DNA of 64,000 bases from Malacoraja senta (taxonomy: Eukaryota), in the NCBI GenBank assembly GCA_038087875.1, contig CM075989.1, positions 2,976,001-3,040,000 of the forward strand, read 5' to 3'. Under the pieces are notes generated by a model. That model was not told the origin of the DNA. It did not search any database and saw nothing but the letters and a program-made list of their open reading frames with translations. Both the position numbers and the translations under genes were made by a program. Shown one piece after another: positions 11,297 through 23,219 of the stretch. Every line of letters begins with the position of its first letter. Positions within the stretch are counted from its first letter, which is position 1.

Positions 11297-11620
11297 TGGA
11301 TAGACGCAAAATGCTGGAGTAACTCGGCGGGATCGGCAGCATCTCTGGAGACCCTTCTTCAGACTGAGAGTCAGGGGAGAGGGAGACATAGAGATATGGA
11401 AGAGTATGGTGTGAAAACAAGAGATCAAAGGGGACGAAGTTCAAGGAGAATGTAGAATGTTAGCTCTGGGGAAGATGACAACGAGGTATACAACCCAGTA
11501 ATTTTAATCAGGAGGCCAGTCAGACCAGTCGGACAACTAGGATGGGGGAGGGATGGAGAGAGAGAGAGAGAGAGAGAGAAAGCAAGTTACTTGAAGTTAG
11601 AGAAGTCAATATTCATGCCA
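11297..11620 (-). mobile_element. Penelope pLTR fragment
   Basis: Reverse complement of the 2612-2932 sequence, preceded by the GMNIDFSN coding end. Confidence 0.7.
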
Positions 11621-11770
11621 GTTACTTTCCACAGCATGGCCAAACACAGGTGCCACATAAGGTTGGGGGAAACATAATAAGGCTTGTGTTTAAACAGTAG
11701 CCTGACTCACAAGGTATTGTGATTGTTTTCTCTGGGGTCTGAGGGATGTCCTGGTGGAGGTATATAAAAT

Positions 11771-11939
11771 GTAGACAAAAGTGCTGGAGAAACTCAGCGG
11801 GTGCAACAGGCAACGAAGGGTTTCAGCCCGAAACGTTGCCTATTTCCTTCGCTCCATAGATGCTGCCGCACCCGCTGAGCTTCTCCAGCACTTTTGTCTA
11901 CCTTCGATTTTCCAGCATCTGCAGTTCCTTCATAAACAC
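11771..11939. mobile_element. Penelope-derived fold-back element
   Basis: Inverted arms GTAGACAAAAGTGCTGGAGAAACTCAGCGGGTGC / GCACCCGCTGAGCTTCTCCAGCACTTTTGTCTAC. Confidence 0.75.
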
Positions 11940-12039
11940 GGAGGTATATAACATTATGGGAGACATAGAGAGTGTAGACAGTCAAATCCTTGTTCCCCGA
12001 GTGGAAATGTCAAAGATTAGACAAGATCGTTTTTACGAT

Positions 12040-12290
12040 TTAGTTTAGTATTTACAGCATGAAAACATGCCCTTCGTCCCACTGAGTCCGCGCCGTCGAA
12101 TTTTTACCGAAGTCAATTAACCTGCAATCCTGTACGTCTTTGAAGTGTGGGAGGAAACCGGAGAAACTGGAGAAAACCCAGTCGGTCACGGGGAGAATGT
12201 ACAAACTCCATACAGACACCATCCATGGTCAGGATCTAACCTGGGTCTCTGGCACTGTTGGGCAGCAACTCGACCGCTGTGCCACCATTC
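12040..12290 (-). mobile_element. V-SINE (HE1-like)
   Basis: Reverse-complement head, V-domain and tail. Confidence 0.8.
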
Positions 12291-12625
12291 CACCCCATGT
12301 AAGAGTGGCACAACTTAACGAGATGAGTGGTATATGGATTGGTTTTACACAGAGTAGTGGGTGCCTGGAATGTACAGCCTGAGGAGGTGGTGCAGGCAAA
12401 TACTATGGTGGTGTTTAAGACTTTTAGACACAAGGATACACAGGGAGTGGCAGATATGGATCATGTCCAGCAGGCAGAGATTAGTTTACCTTTGCTTTAT
12501 GTACGGCACGGGCAATGTGGGCCGAAGGGCCTCGTCCGGTGCTGTACTGATCTATGTTCTATGTTCAATGTATAACTTTCCAAGACCGAAACCAAACTGA
12601 CCGAAGGATTTCAAATGGATGGATA

Positions 12626-12843
12626 GTAGCATAGCAACAGAGCAAATAGCATCGTAGCAACGTGGCATGGTAACAAGCCATAGCAACAGGGAAGGGGGTG
12701 GCATAGCAACATGGTGGAGGCAGGACAGAAACAGGGCAGAGGACAAATTGAAAGAGCATGGAGCTGAGCAAGTGGAACAAAACAACAAGTCCGCTTTGGC
12801 ATAGACACAATGCATAGCAATTGGGTGTAGCTGCCATGGTAAC
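12626..12843 (+). promoter_or_regulatory. Cluster of RFX X-box-like motifs
   Basis: GTAGCATAGCAAC, CGTAGCAAC, GTGGCATGGTAAC, CCATAGCAAC, GTGGCATAGCAAC, GCTGCCATGGTAAC. Confidence 0.45.
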
Positions 12844-12934
12844 TAGGTAGCCAGCTCTTTCATGTTATGTGGCTTGTTGGTGATGGAAATCAATTAAAAG
12901 TTACTTTGCATCAATGCTAGCGAGGAAGTCCTAG

Positions 12935-13235
12935 AGTGATGCGGAGTGGAAACTGGCCCTTTTACCCAACGTGCCCACTCCTGCCAACATGTCCCAGCTA
13001 CACTAGACCCACCTGCTAGCATTCAGCCCATACCCCTCCAAATCTGTCCTATCCATGTACCTGCCTAACTCTTTCTTAAATATTCGGATAGTCCTAACCT
13101 CAACTACTCATTCCATCAACCTCTGTGTGAAAAAATTACCCCTCAGATTCCTATAAAAACTTTTCCCCTTCACCTTAAACCTATGTCCTCTGGTCCTCGA
13201 TTCCCCTACTCTGCGCAAGAGACTGTGCATCTAAC
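12935..13235 (-). mobile_element. CR1 3' fragment
   Basis: Reverse complement of the 4235-4592 family. Confidence 0.8.
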
Positions 13236-13267
13236 TGTTCTATTCCTCTCAGGTCTGAAGTATTTAC

Positions 13268-13990
13268 AGTTAGAGTATAGAATTGAGATCGACCGATTGA
13301 CCAAATGGTGCCAGCACGACAACCTGGCTCTCAATATCAGTAACACCAATGAACTGATTGTGGACTTTGGAAGAGGAAGGATGAGGACCCACAATCCTAA
13401 TGATATCAACGGGACGATGGTGGAGAGTGTCAAAAACTTCAAATTCCTGGGCGTGCATATTTCTGAAGATCTTTCCTGGACCCTGATGCAATTATAAAGC
13501 CAGCACATCAACGCCTCTACTTCCTGAGAAGATTACGGAGATTCGGCATGTCAGAGAGGACTCTCTCGAACTTCAACAGGTGTACAGTAGAGAGCACATT
13601 GACTAGTTGCATCGTGGCCTGGTTCAGTAACTTGAAAGTCCAGGAGTGGAAAAGACTGCAAAACGTAGTGACCACTGCCCATCACCGGCTCTGACCTCCC
13701 CACCGTCGAAGGGATTTATCGGAGTCGCTGCCTCAAAAAGGCAGCCAGCATCATCAGAGACCCACACTACCCTGGCCACACACTCATTTCACCCCTGCCA
13801 TCAGGAAGAAGGTACAGGAGCCTGAAAACTGTAACGTCCAGGTTCAAGAACAGCTTCTTCCCTGCAGCCATCAGGCTATTAAACACAACAACCTCCAATA
13901 AGCTCTGAACTACAGTAGACTATTATTATTATTATTATTATTATTATTAGTGCACTACTATTGTTTGTTTTTCGAGTATGTGTGTATGTG
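13268..13990 (+). mobile_element. Rex1/Babar-like LINE, RT C-terminus and 3' UTR (UTR resumes 14590-14705)
   Basis: YR-EI--L--WC---NL-LN---T-ELIVDF...VE-V--FKFLGVHIS-DLSW, then QRLYFLRRLRRFG. Confidence 0.85.
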
Positions 13991-13996
13991 TATATA

Positions 13997-14446
13997 TCTT
14001 ATATTACTAAAAGTAAGATCTTGACCACTTTTGACTCACTGCGATGTGATTTCCAAGAGAACGCTGCCACTTACGGCTGTCATTTTTGGCCTCCTCGCTC
14101 AGAGCCAGACTGGACCAGAGGATTTTTCCCATCGATGAAAGATCAGAGAGATATTAATGCTTTAAAACATTTCGCCATTCTCTCTGCTGCCCCCGCTGGC
14201 GGCAGGGTGAAGGGACTATAAAACCTGGATGTGTGGTGGCTCACTCAGAAGGTGTCGTCAAGATGGCGCCGAGTGCAGGTGCCGTTGAAAAATTCAGGAG
14301 AGCTGCTCTGTCTATGGTGAGTGTGTTTGTTGGATGTTATTTAAAGCACGTTTTTGCTTCAGCACCAGCAGCCTCTACAGGAGGCTTTAAACATTTGTTT
14401 TACACACTGTATATTCAACATATTCTGAAGTTACTTGGCATTTTAG
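13997..14446 (+). mobile_element. Probable Helitron 5' portion
   Basis: Begins A|TCTTATATTACTAAAA inside a (TA) run, interrupting the Rex1 UTR; no 3' hairpin-CTAG seen. Confidence 0.5.
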
Positions 14447-14472
14447 GTGTGTGTGTGTGTGTGTGTGCGTGC

Positions 14473-14566
<94 letters not shown>

Positions 14567-14592
14567 GTGTGTGCGTGTGCATGTGTGTGTGC
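14447..14592. repeat. (GT)n microsatellite
   Basis: Long GT run with GC interruptions. Confidence 0.98.
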
Positions 14593-15229
14593 ACGCTGAA
14601 CTTTTTTTTTACAGTTTACTGTGTTTACATATTTTGTTGTGCTGCAGTAAGTAAGAATTTCATTGACCTATCTGGGACACATGACAATAAAACATTCTTG
14701 ACTAAATGGAATTGTCGGAGTGATCCTCGTGGATTCTTTACAGTAGATCACCAAACACTGCACCTAGTGTTAAACTGGGAGAGGTAGCTATCTGTAAGGG
14801 AGCATTCTCTCCTCCAGTACTGTATGTAATCAGCCATTGAACCCGGACCTGCCCTATGCTAGGCTCTGGAAAGTGATGAGATGACCCCTTATACAACTTG
14901 GACAAGGAATGCATGAGACCGTTCTGGGATCGTGCCCATCGGCATCTGTAAACCAGCCCCAAAACTGAGATAATGTGTTTATGGCACGTGTCATGCCTGT
15001 AGCTCTGTACGTCTATCTCCGGGTTGGAACGTTCTCAGGTCAGGAGGCTGCAATGGCCATGTCCCTCCATGCAGTGTTAACAATGCACCCGGAGCGGAGG
15101 TCACTGCCTGACTTTCCACTGGAAATGTTACACAAAGCTGAGCAAACGAGCAGATCAAATGGAGAACATTGTTCATTATGTGGACAGAAAATGGGTAACA
15201 ACCTCGACTGCTCTTGGGCAAAGGAAGTC

Positions 15230-16430
15230 TTTTACCAGGATGCATCACAGCATGGTTTGGGAACAGCTCCGTCCAAGACCGCGTAGAATTGTTGGCGCAG
15301 CCAAGACCATCACAAAACCTAACCTTCCTTTCATTGACTCCATATAACCATATAACCATATAACCATTGCAGCACGGAAACAGGCCATCTCGGCCCTTCA
15401 AGTCCGTGCTGAACATTTTTTTTTTTTTTTTTTTTTTAAATAAATACTTCCCCCTAGTCCCATCTACCTGCACTCAGACCATAACCCTCCATTCCTTTCC
15501 CGTCCATATTCCCATCCAATCTATTTTTAAAGGATAAAATCGAACCAGCCTCCACCACTTCCACTGGAAGCTCATTCCACACAGCTACCACTCTCTGAGT
15601 AAAGAAGTTCCCCCTAAACTTCTGTCCCTTAATTCTCATGTCCCCTTGTTTGAATCTTCCCTACTCTCAATGGAAAAAGCTTATCCACATCAACTCTGTC
15701 TAACCCGCTCATAATTTTAAAGACCTCTATGAAGTCCCCTCTTAATCTTCTGCGCTCCAAAGAATAAAGACCTAACTTGTTCAACCTTTCTCTGTAACTT
15801 AGTTGCTGAAACCCAGGCAACATTCTAGTAAATCTCCTCTGTACTCTCTCTATTTTGTTGACATCCTTCCTATAATTAGGCGACCAAAATTGTACTCCAT
15901 ACTCCAGAATTGGCCTCACCAATGCCTTGTACAATTTTAACATTACATCCCAACTTCTATATTCAATGCTCTGATTTATAAAGGCCAGCACCCCAAAAGC
16001 TTTCTTTACCACCCTATCTACATGAGATTTCACCTTCAGGGAACTATGCACAGTTATTCCTAGATCCCTCCATTTACACCTCACGCTGCCTCGGCAAGGC
16101 CAGCAGCATAATCAAGGACCAATCTCACCCCAGTCACTCCCTCTTCTCCCCCCTCCCATTGGGCAAAAGGTACAAAAGTGTGAAAATGCACACCTCCAGA
16201 TTCAGGGACAGTTTCTAGAGACCAGTCCTGATCTACCATCTACCTCAATGGAGACACTCAGATTATCTTTAATCGGACATTATCTTGCACTAAACATTAT
16301 TCCCTTTATCCTGCATCTGTGCACTGTGGACAGTTTCATTGTAATCATGTATCGTCTTTCCACTGACTGGATAGCACGCAACAAGAGCTTTTCACTGTAG
16401 CTTGGTACACGTAACAATAAACTAAACTAA
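15230..16430 (+). mobile_element. Rex1/Babar-like fragment interrupted by CR1
   Basis: GCITAWFGN...LP-IDS|IYTSRC--KA-SIIKD-SHP-H-LF. Confidence 0.7.
15344..16067 (-). mobile_element. CR1 LINE, 3' 720 bp
   Basis: ORF 15629-16084: LYKALVRPILEYGVQFWSP...ERRRLRGD; CTCCAT on both flanks (15338 and 16068). Confidence 0.92.
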
Positions 16431-16496
16431 ATTGTTTCCAAAGAGTCACAGAGTTTGCTACTCTCAAACAACATACCTACAGTACCTGCACAGTAA

Positions 16497-17290
16497 AGGC
16501 TCTGTCTTACGGTGTTGCGGTCATTGGCGGTGAAGCGCGGCTTCGCCTGTAGAGTGGACCGCACGGCAACGGCGAGAGTGCCGAGCCTATGCCACGGTAG
16601 CGCCGCACGGGTGCTGCGCGGTGGCCGAGTGATTTAAATACGGCTGGTCCCACGTGCTTGCGGTAAGTAAAAAAAAAAGGGCGGGCCGACTGCGATGACG
16701 TCATTTTGGATCTGCGGGGCTGTGGCGGCGGCCGTCCTGATCGCGGCGCTGTAGAGATGGCTGTGGCGGCGGCCGTGCCGCACACGTGACTCACTAGCGG
16801 CGGCTGTGGCGGCGGCCGTCCTGATCGCGGCGCTGTAGCGGTGGCTGTGGCGGTGGCCGTGCCGGCGGTCGTGCCTCACTGGCGGAGGCTGTGGCGGTGC
16901 AAGTTCGACGCACGGCGCTCGAACCACACTGGCGGCGGCCGTGCCGCACTCGTGACTCACTAGCGGCGGCTGTGGCGGCGGCCGTCCTGATCGCGGCGCT
17001 GTAGCGGTGGCTGTGGCGGCGGCCGTGCCGCACTCGTGCCTCACTGGCGGAGGCTGTGCGGTAGGGACATATTTTTGAACAGTGTTCAAAAATATGAACA
17101 GTGTTGGTTTTATTTTAGCACCGTGGGAACAACGACGTTGGGAACAACGCCGCACGGCCCGGAATTGTGCGTTTGACCGAGTGCGCGGTCTATGGCGGCC
17201 CAGGAGCGGTAGATTCTTCCCGTTTCGCCGCCAATAACCTCCCCTCCACATCGTCGAGTCGACTCCTCTCACCAGCCACCGAACAACCCA
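16497..17290. repeat. CpG-rich block with about 42/84-bp tandem repeat; possible DNA-transposon end
   Basis: GGCTGTGGCGGCGGCCGT recurs every 41-44 bp from 16718 to 17052; block starts TAA|AGGCTCTGTC, resembling the MITE termini. Confidence 0.7.
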
Positions 17291-17352
17291 CAAAAATCAC
17301 CCTCAATGCTGAGAAAAGAAGAAGGAATATACAAATGTATCAAATCCATTAA

Positions 17353-17612
17353 TTTAGTTTAGTTTAGAGATACAGAGTGGAAACAGGCCCTTTGCCCCAC
17401 TGAGTCCGCACCGACCAGCGATCACCCCGTACAGTAACACTATCCGACACACACTAGGGACAATTTACAATTTTACTGGAGTGTGGGGGGAACCTGAGCA
17501 CCCGGAGAAAACCCACGTGGTCACGGGGAGAACATGCAAACTCCGTACAGACAAGCACCCGTAGTTAGGATTGAATCCGGGTCTCTGGGACAACTCTACC
17601 GCTGCGCCACCA
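17353..17612 (-). mobile_element. V-SINE (HE1-like)
   Basis: Reverse-complement SINE. Confidence 0.85.
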
Positions 17613-18009
17613 TGTGACAGGGATCTGGAAGACACGGCCAGAGGTGGTGGTGGAGGCAGATACTATAATGCTGTGCCACCAACGTGTGAATCACTGTCAC
17701 ATCGTTAACACATCATCACACTACAGATGTTAAATCGCAGACGGCACAAACTGAACATCGCACCTCAAAGTCTTGCAATTCACACTCAACAAACAGAACC
17801 AGGTTTAAGCCTGTGTTTGGAATTTGTGGCCCCCTGACAGGATTTTCCCTCATCTTGACCAGTAAAAGCATAATGTTCAAGTTAGCATGCAAATGTGAAA
17901 ATCTTACCTCAGATTATAACCACGTCAACAATCTTGGGGAGGAGAAGTGATCAGGAAGAATATGTTGCCATTTAGGAACTTTCTTCGTAAAGGAACACAC
18001 ACAAAACAT

Positions 18010-18330
18010 GGAACAGTACAGCACAGGAACTGGCCCTTCGGTCCACAATGACTGTGCTAAACATCATGCCAAGACACACAAATCCCTCTGCCTGCATGTG
18101 ATCCATATCCCTCCATTCCCTGTATACGCATGTGGTGAACTAAAAGCCTCATAAATGGCACTATCGTATCTGCCTCCACCACCACCCCCGCCCGGCATTG
18201 CAATCCATGCACCCACCATCCTCTGTAAAAAAAACTTGCCCCTCTTACTTTAAAGCTGTGCCCTCTAGTCTTTGACTTATCCACGCTGGGAAATAGGTTC
18301 TCACTGTGTACGCTTTCTATGCCTCTCCAA
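18010..18330 (-). mobile_element. CR1 3' fragment
   Basis: LFP-V--SKTRGHSFKVRG; tail GGACCGAAGGGCC. Confidence 0.75.
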
Positions 18331-18787
18331 AACAAAAACAGTGCAAAACTCATAATACATCGTTAGTGTGTCTCCACATTGCTATTTTTATAGCTACAAC
18401 TATTGGTACTTCTTTTCATTACTCATAGAACCATTGCCACTCATGTGGCACTCCTGGGATGATACCCCTTCCCTTGGTTGAGGGCTGTCCCCACCGACCA
18501 GAGTGTCAGGACCACCCTTCACCATATTGAGGACAGGTAGAACCTCAAGATGCAGTGACACTGGGTGTCCAGGTACTGTGGCTCAACGACCAGCCTGATG
18601 CAGCCACACATGAAGGTGTGATTGGAGATGGAGATGTAAGGAACTGCAGATGCTGGAATATTTTACAAAAATAAGGAAAGATCGATAGGAATATTGTCCA
18701 AATACAGGCAAATGGGACTAACTGAGATGGGGCGTCTTAGTTGGATGGACAAGTTAGGCTGAAGGCTCTGTTTCTGCAGAGTTAAAG

Positions 18788-19000
18788 TCATAGAGTGACA
18801 CAGTGTGGAAACAGTCCCTTCGGCCCAACTTGCCCACACCGGCCAACATGTCCCAGCTACACTAGTCCAACCTACCCGCGTTTAGTCCATATCCCTCCAA
18901 ACCTGTCCTGTCCATGTACCTGTCTAACTGGTTCTTATACGTTGGGATAGTCCGAGCCTCAACTACCTCCTCTGGCAGCTTGTTCCATACACCCACCACC
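18788..19000 (-). mobile_element. CR1 3' end
   Basis: Reverse complement of 4380-4592. Confidence 0.85.
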
Positions 19001-20790
19001 CGTATCACCCACCTGTAATACATGACCTATGAACAAAACACAAAGTAGAGGTGTGACTCAACAGATCAGGCAGTGCCTGTGAAGCAAATTTTCATAAGTT
19101 CATGTTCATAAGAGATAGGAGCAGAATTAGGCCATTCAGCCCATCAGGTCTACTCCGCCATTCAATCATGGCTGACCTTTCTTTCCCTCTTAACCCCATT
19201 TTAAGCTGTTTCCCCATTCAGCATGGACCCTCCGCAGTGGTCGGTTAACCACTCATCCGGTAGTTGCTTGCTGACAAAGGGCCTTTGAGGTCTCCCTTCC
19301 TTCATCTCACTCTGGGACATGGGACTCAATGATCATCGACTCCTCCCTGACAGGTAAGTATCTGTCCCGTGACCCTCACTAGTGTCAGGCCACAGAGAGG
19401 AGAGCCCAGGCAGCTCACCTGTGGGAGGTAGGTGCTCCATCTCAAATGCCCAGACCTTTAGGCTATGGTTCAATGGTACTTACAATGCCACATGTACCAA
19501 CACTGAAATCCATTTTTATATAGAGTTCAGTCCCACGAAACATAAACAGTTAGATACATCTTAAATAAGCATCTCAGGTACAGTACAAGAATATAAGAAG
19601 GAACTGCAGATGCTGGTTTAAACCAAGAAGCTGGAGTAACTCAGTGGGGCAGGCAGTATATCTGGAGAGAAGGAATGGGTGACGTTTCGGGCCGACACCC
19701 TTCTTCATACTGGTCTATCTTTAGTTCATGTTCATAAATTATAGGAGCAGAATTAGGTCAAGTGGCCCATCTAGTCTATGCCACCATTCAATCATGGCTG
19801 TTCTATCTTTCCCCCATTCTCCTGCCTTCTCCCATTGGTCCTGACACCCTTAGTAATGAAGAATGTGACCAAACTCTGCATTAAAATTATCCACTGACTT
19901 GGTCTCCACAGCCCTCTGTGGCAACGAATTCCATATGCAGAGAATGCATCTCATTCCATTTGTACACCGTGGGGTGGCCCGACTGTAATCATGTATTGTC
20001 TTTCTGCTGACTGGTTAGCCCGCAACAAAAGCTTTTCACTGCACCACGTGACAATAACCTAAACACAAACTCAAACTGAGAGTCACTGGATTTGGCGCCA
20101 TTTTCAAGTCCCAGTTATTATAAGTGTCGAGAGGTGTAGGTCATAAGGTCATAAGGTCTTAAGTGAATTAGGCCAGTCGGCCCATCAAGTCTACTCCGCC
20201 ATTCAGTCATGGCTGATCTATCTCTCTCTCCTAACCCCATTCTCCTGCTGTCTCCCCATAACCTCTGGCACCCGCACTAATCAAGAGGTTGTACAGGTTA
20301 TTGCATATAGTCCAGTGGAGTGTTCCCTGACTATATGAAAGGGAATTGCTGAACGAGTGGGCAGTGAAATCATTGTTCACTCTGTGGAATAAATAGGAAT
20401 GAAAGGAGCACTATATTGTGCATCAACGCACTAATGGAATCAAGAATGTCTGATGCACAACAAAACTGTGTGATCCAGGACTGCCGTTTCATTCTCATAG
20501 ACAGCTGTTATTTTGTTCTCTGTTCAAAATCATTTGACTCTGAAGACTGCACTATTCCAGTTCCATTGTTCCATAAGATTAGTGCTGCATTGGAATCCAT
20601 GTCATTGGAGTGTTTTTATTTGCTTGCTCTGGTTATCAGTGTTTATTTATTCCCAGCAAGACTCACACAAAGTGGCTCAAAGCGACCATCAGAAGGAAGG
20701 GAAATGGACGACATCATTTCTGCGTAGTTTCTGCGATTCGCCGTTATCGGTGAGCAGACCCCCCGAGACCATTCTGCCCCAAACTCCAGT

Positions 20791-21099
20791 GGGGCAGCAC
20801 GGTGGCGCAGCAGTAGAGTTGCTGCCTCACAGCACCCGAGATCCGGGTTCGATCCTGGCTACGGGTGCTGTCTGTACGGAGTTTGTACGTTCTCCCCGTG
20901 ACCGCGTGGGTTTTCTCCGAAATCTTCGGTTTCCTCCCACACTCCAAAGACGCACTATTAATTGGATTGGTATATGTGTAAAATTGTCCCTAGTGTGTGT
21001 AGGATAGTGTTAGTGTGCGGGGATCGCTGGTCGGTGCGGACTCGGTGGGCTGAAGGGCCTGTTTCCGCGCTGTAGCTCTAAGCTAAACTAAACTAAACT
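20791..21099 (+). mobile_element. Full-length V-SINE (HE1-like)
   Basis: GGGGCAGCACGGTGGCGCAGC...GGGTTCGATCC head, V-domain, CR1-type tail, (TAAAC)n. Confidence 0.92.
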
Positions 21100-21189
21100 G
21101 TCTGCAGGCTCGAGTTGACACAAGAACAGTCCGTGATGTCAGGTGTAGAGACATTCGTCAGCACGATGACAACACATGAACAGGTTTAT

Positions 21190-21466
21190 TTTAAAGATAC
21201 AGCGCGGAAACAGGCCCTTCGGCCCATTGAGTCCTCGCCGACCAGTAATCCCCGCACACTTACACAATCCTACACACACGAAGGACAATTTTACAATTAC
21301 ACCAAGCCAAATTAACCTACAAACCTGTAGGTGGGAGGAATTGGGAGATCCCGGAGAAAACCCCCGCAGGTCACGGGGAGAACGTACAAAGTCCATACAG
21401 ACAGGTCAGGATAGAACCCGGGTCTCTGGCGCTGTGAGGCAGCAACTCTACCGCTGCGCCACCGCG
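21190..21466 (-). mobile_element. V-SINE (HE1-like)
   Basis: Inverted relative to 20791-21099, about 90 bp away. Confidence 0.88.
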
Positions 21467-21566
21467 ACGCCCATGTATCTGGGAATTTGCATTAAAGTTC
21501 CCAGAGGCCAAATGATGTTGATCAATTATTGGGGATTCTGGGCATTACCTAGAGTAAAAACCTCCC

Positions 21567-21872
21567 AGTGGCACAGCTGGTAGAGCTGCTGCCTCACAGC
21601 GCCAGTGACCCGGGTTCATTCCTGACCCCGCTGCTGAATGTGTATAGTTGACCTATTCCACCTGTGTCCACGTGAGCTTTCCTTCAGATCCTCCGGTTTC
21701 TTCCCACATCCCAATGGCACGCGGCTTTGTGGGTTAATTGGCCTCTGTAGATTGCCCCTAGTGTGAAGGGAGTGGATGAGAAAGGGGGATACCATAGTGA
21801 GAACAGGTGATCACTGGTCAGCATGGATTCGATCGACGAAGAGTCTTTTTACATGCTCTATCTCTAAACTAA
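21567..21872 (+). mobile_element. Older V-SINE
   Basis: Degenerate head and V-domain. Confidence 0.75.
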
Positions 21873-22107
21873 AAAATGTGAATGTCCTTCTAATTATCAG
21901 GAACTACCATGCATGCCTTTAACCGTGGCATTTTAAACGGCTTAAAATGGGGTTAAGAGGGAAAGATAGATGAGTCATGATTGAATGGATTCTTAATGAT
22001 CGTGCATGCCCTGCCTGTCTCAACCAGGTGTTGAAGAGAGGAGAGACTGATTTTAATCTACACGCTTTGCAAACTCATGGGATTTTACTCTAATCTCAGA
22101 TTTCGGC

Positions 22108-22495
22108 CATTTAGTTTAGTTTAGAGAAACAGCGCGGAAACAGGCCCTTCGGCCCGCCGAGTCCGCGCCGATCAGCGATCCCCACACACTAAAGGGGCCT
22201 GTCCCACTTACACGATTTTTTCGGCGACTTGCTGGCACCCGTCATAGTCGCAGCAGGTTGCGGGGTGACGCCTGTATGGTCGTGAGCAGTCGCCCAAAGA
22301 GTCAACATTTTCAACATTTTGAAGATTTTCGGCGACCTGCTGTGAATGACGGGAGCCGAAAAGTCGCCGAAAATAATCGCTTAAGTGGGACAGGCCTTTA
22401 ACACTGCCCTACACACACTAGGGACAATTTACAATTTATCCAACTCAATTAGCCTACAAACCTGTACGTGTTTGTAGTGCAGGAGGAAACCAGAG
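22108..22495 (-). mobile_element. V-SINE 3' half carrying a MITE
   Basis: SINE sequence resumes exactly after 22398. Confidence 0.85.
22193..22398. mobile_element. PIF/Harbinger-like MITE
   Basis: TIR GGCCTGTCCCACTTA..CGATT.TTTTCGGCGACTT; TAA duplicated. Confidence 0.85.
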
Positions 22496-22934
22496 GGCCA
22501 GAGTTTCCATGCTGTGTCTCTGGAGCAAAGTAAACTATTCACTCCACAACACGGCACCACACTCAGACAATGTTCTGATCCTCTCCCTCACTGCTTGGCC
22601 CAGCCCCCTTCTCCTCGCCCCCAAACAAAGCCCACTTACCCAAACAAGGTCTCCACACAAGGTCACTCTCTGGGCTGCTGCCACCTTGTGGTGTCTAAAC
22701 CGACCGTGGGTCCCACCCTTCGCATCGACCAGGCCTGGTGGCACAACGGAGCTCCCGGCGAGAGCTGCCAAACCTTGCGGAGCTGACAGGATCGGGCTCG
22801 GCGAGAGTGGAGGGACGTCGGTGAGAGTGGAGGGGAGGGGGATGTCGGTGAGCCGCCGCACGTGAGCCGCATGTGGCAAAGTCCCCCCCCCATGTCCCCT
22901 TTTGTTGTTCTCGATGGCAGCGGTAGATCCTGAT

Positions 22935-23203
22935 CAGCGGTTTGATCCTGACTACGGGCGCTGTCTGCACGGAGTTTGTACGTTCTCCCCGTGACCTCCT
23001 GGGTTGTCTCCAGGGAGCTCCGGTTTCCTCCCACACTCCAAAAACGTACAGGTTTGTAGGTTAATTTGCTTTGGTAAAATTGTAAATTATCCGCAGCAGG
23101 TAGGGTAGTGTTAATGTGCGGGGATCGCTAGTCGGCGCGGACTCGGTGGGCCGAAGGGCCTGTTTCCACATTGTATCTCTAAACTAAACTAGAGTAAACT
23201 AAA
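22935..23203 (+). mobile_element. V-SINE (HE1-like)
   Basis: B-box, V-domain, tail. Confidence 0.85.
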
Positions 23204-23219
23204 CAGTCCTATCTCCTGG

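Noticed and set aside
14233..14787. 184-aa ORF with VC repeats
   Set aside because: Reads through a (GT)n microsatellite; only the first 18 codons after 14263 look exon-like
16634..17293. 219-aa Ala/Pro/Arg-rich minus-strand ORF
   Set aside because: Product of a GC-rich tandem repeat with no recognisable domain
20791..20865. tRNA genes suggested by A/B boxes (many copies)
   Set aside because: They are SINE heads that continue into the V-domain and LINE tail, with no complete cloverleaf or terminator
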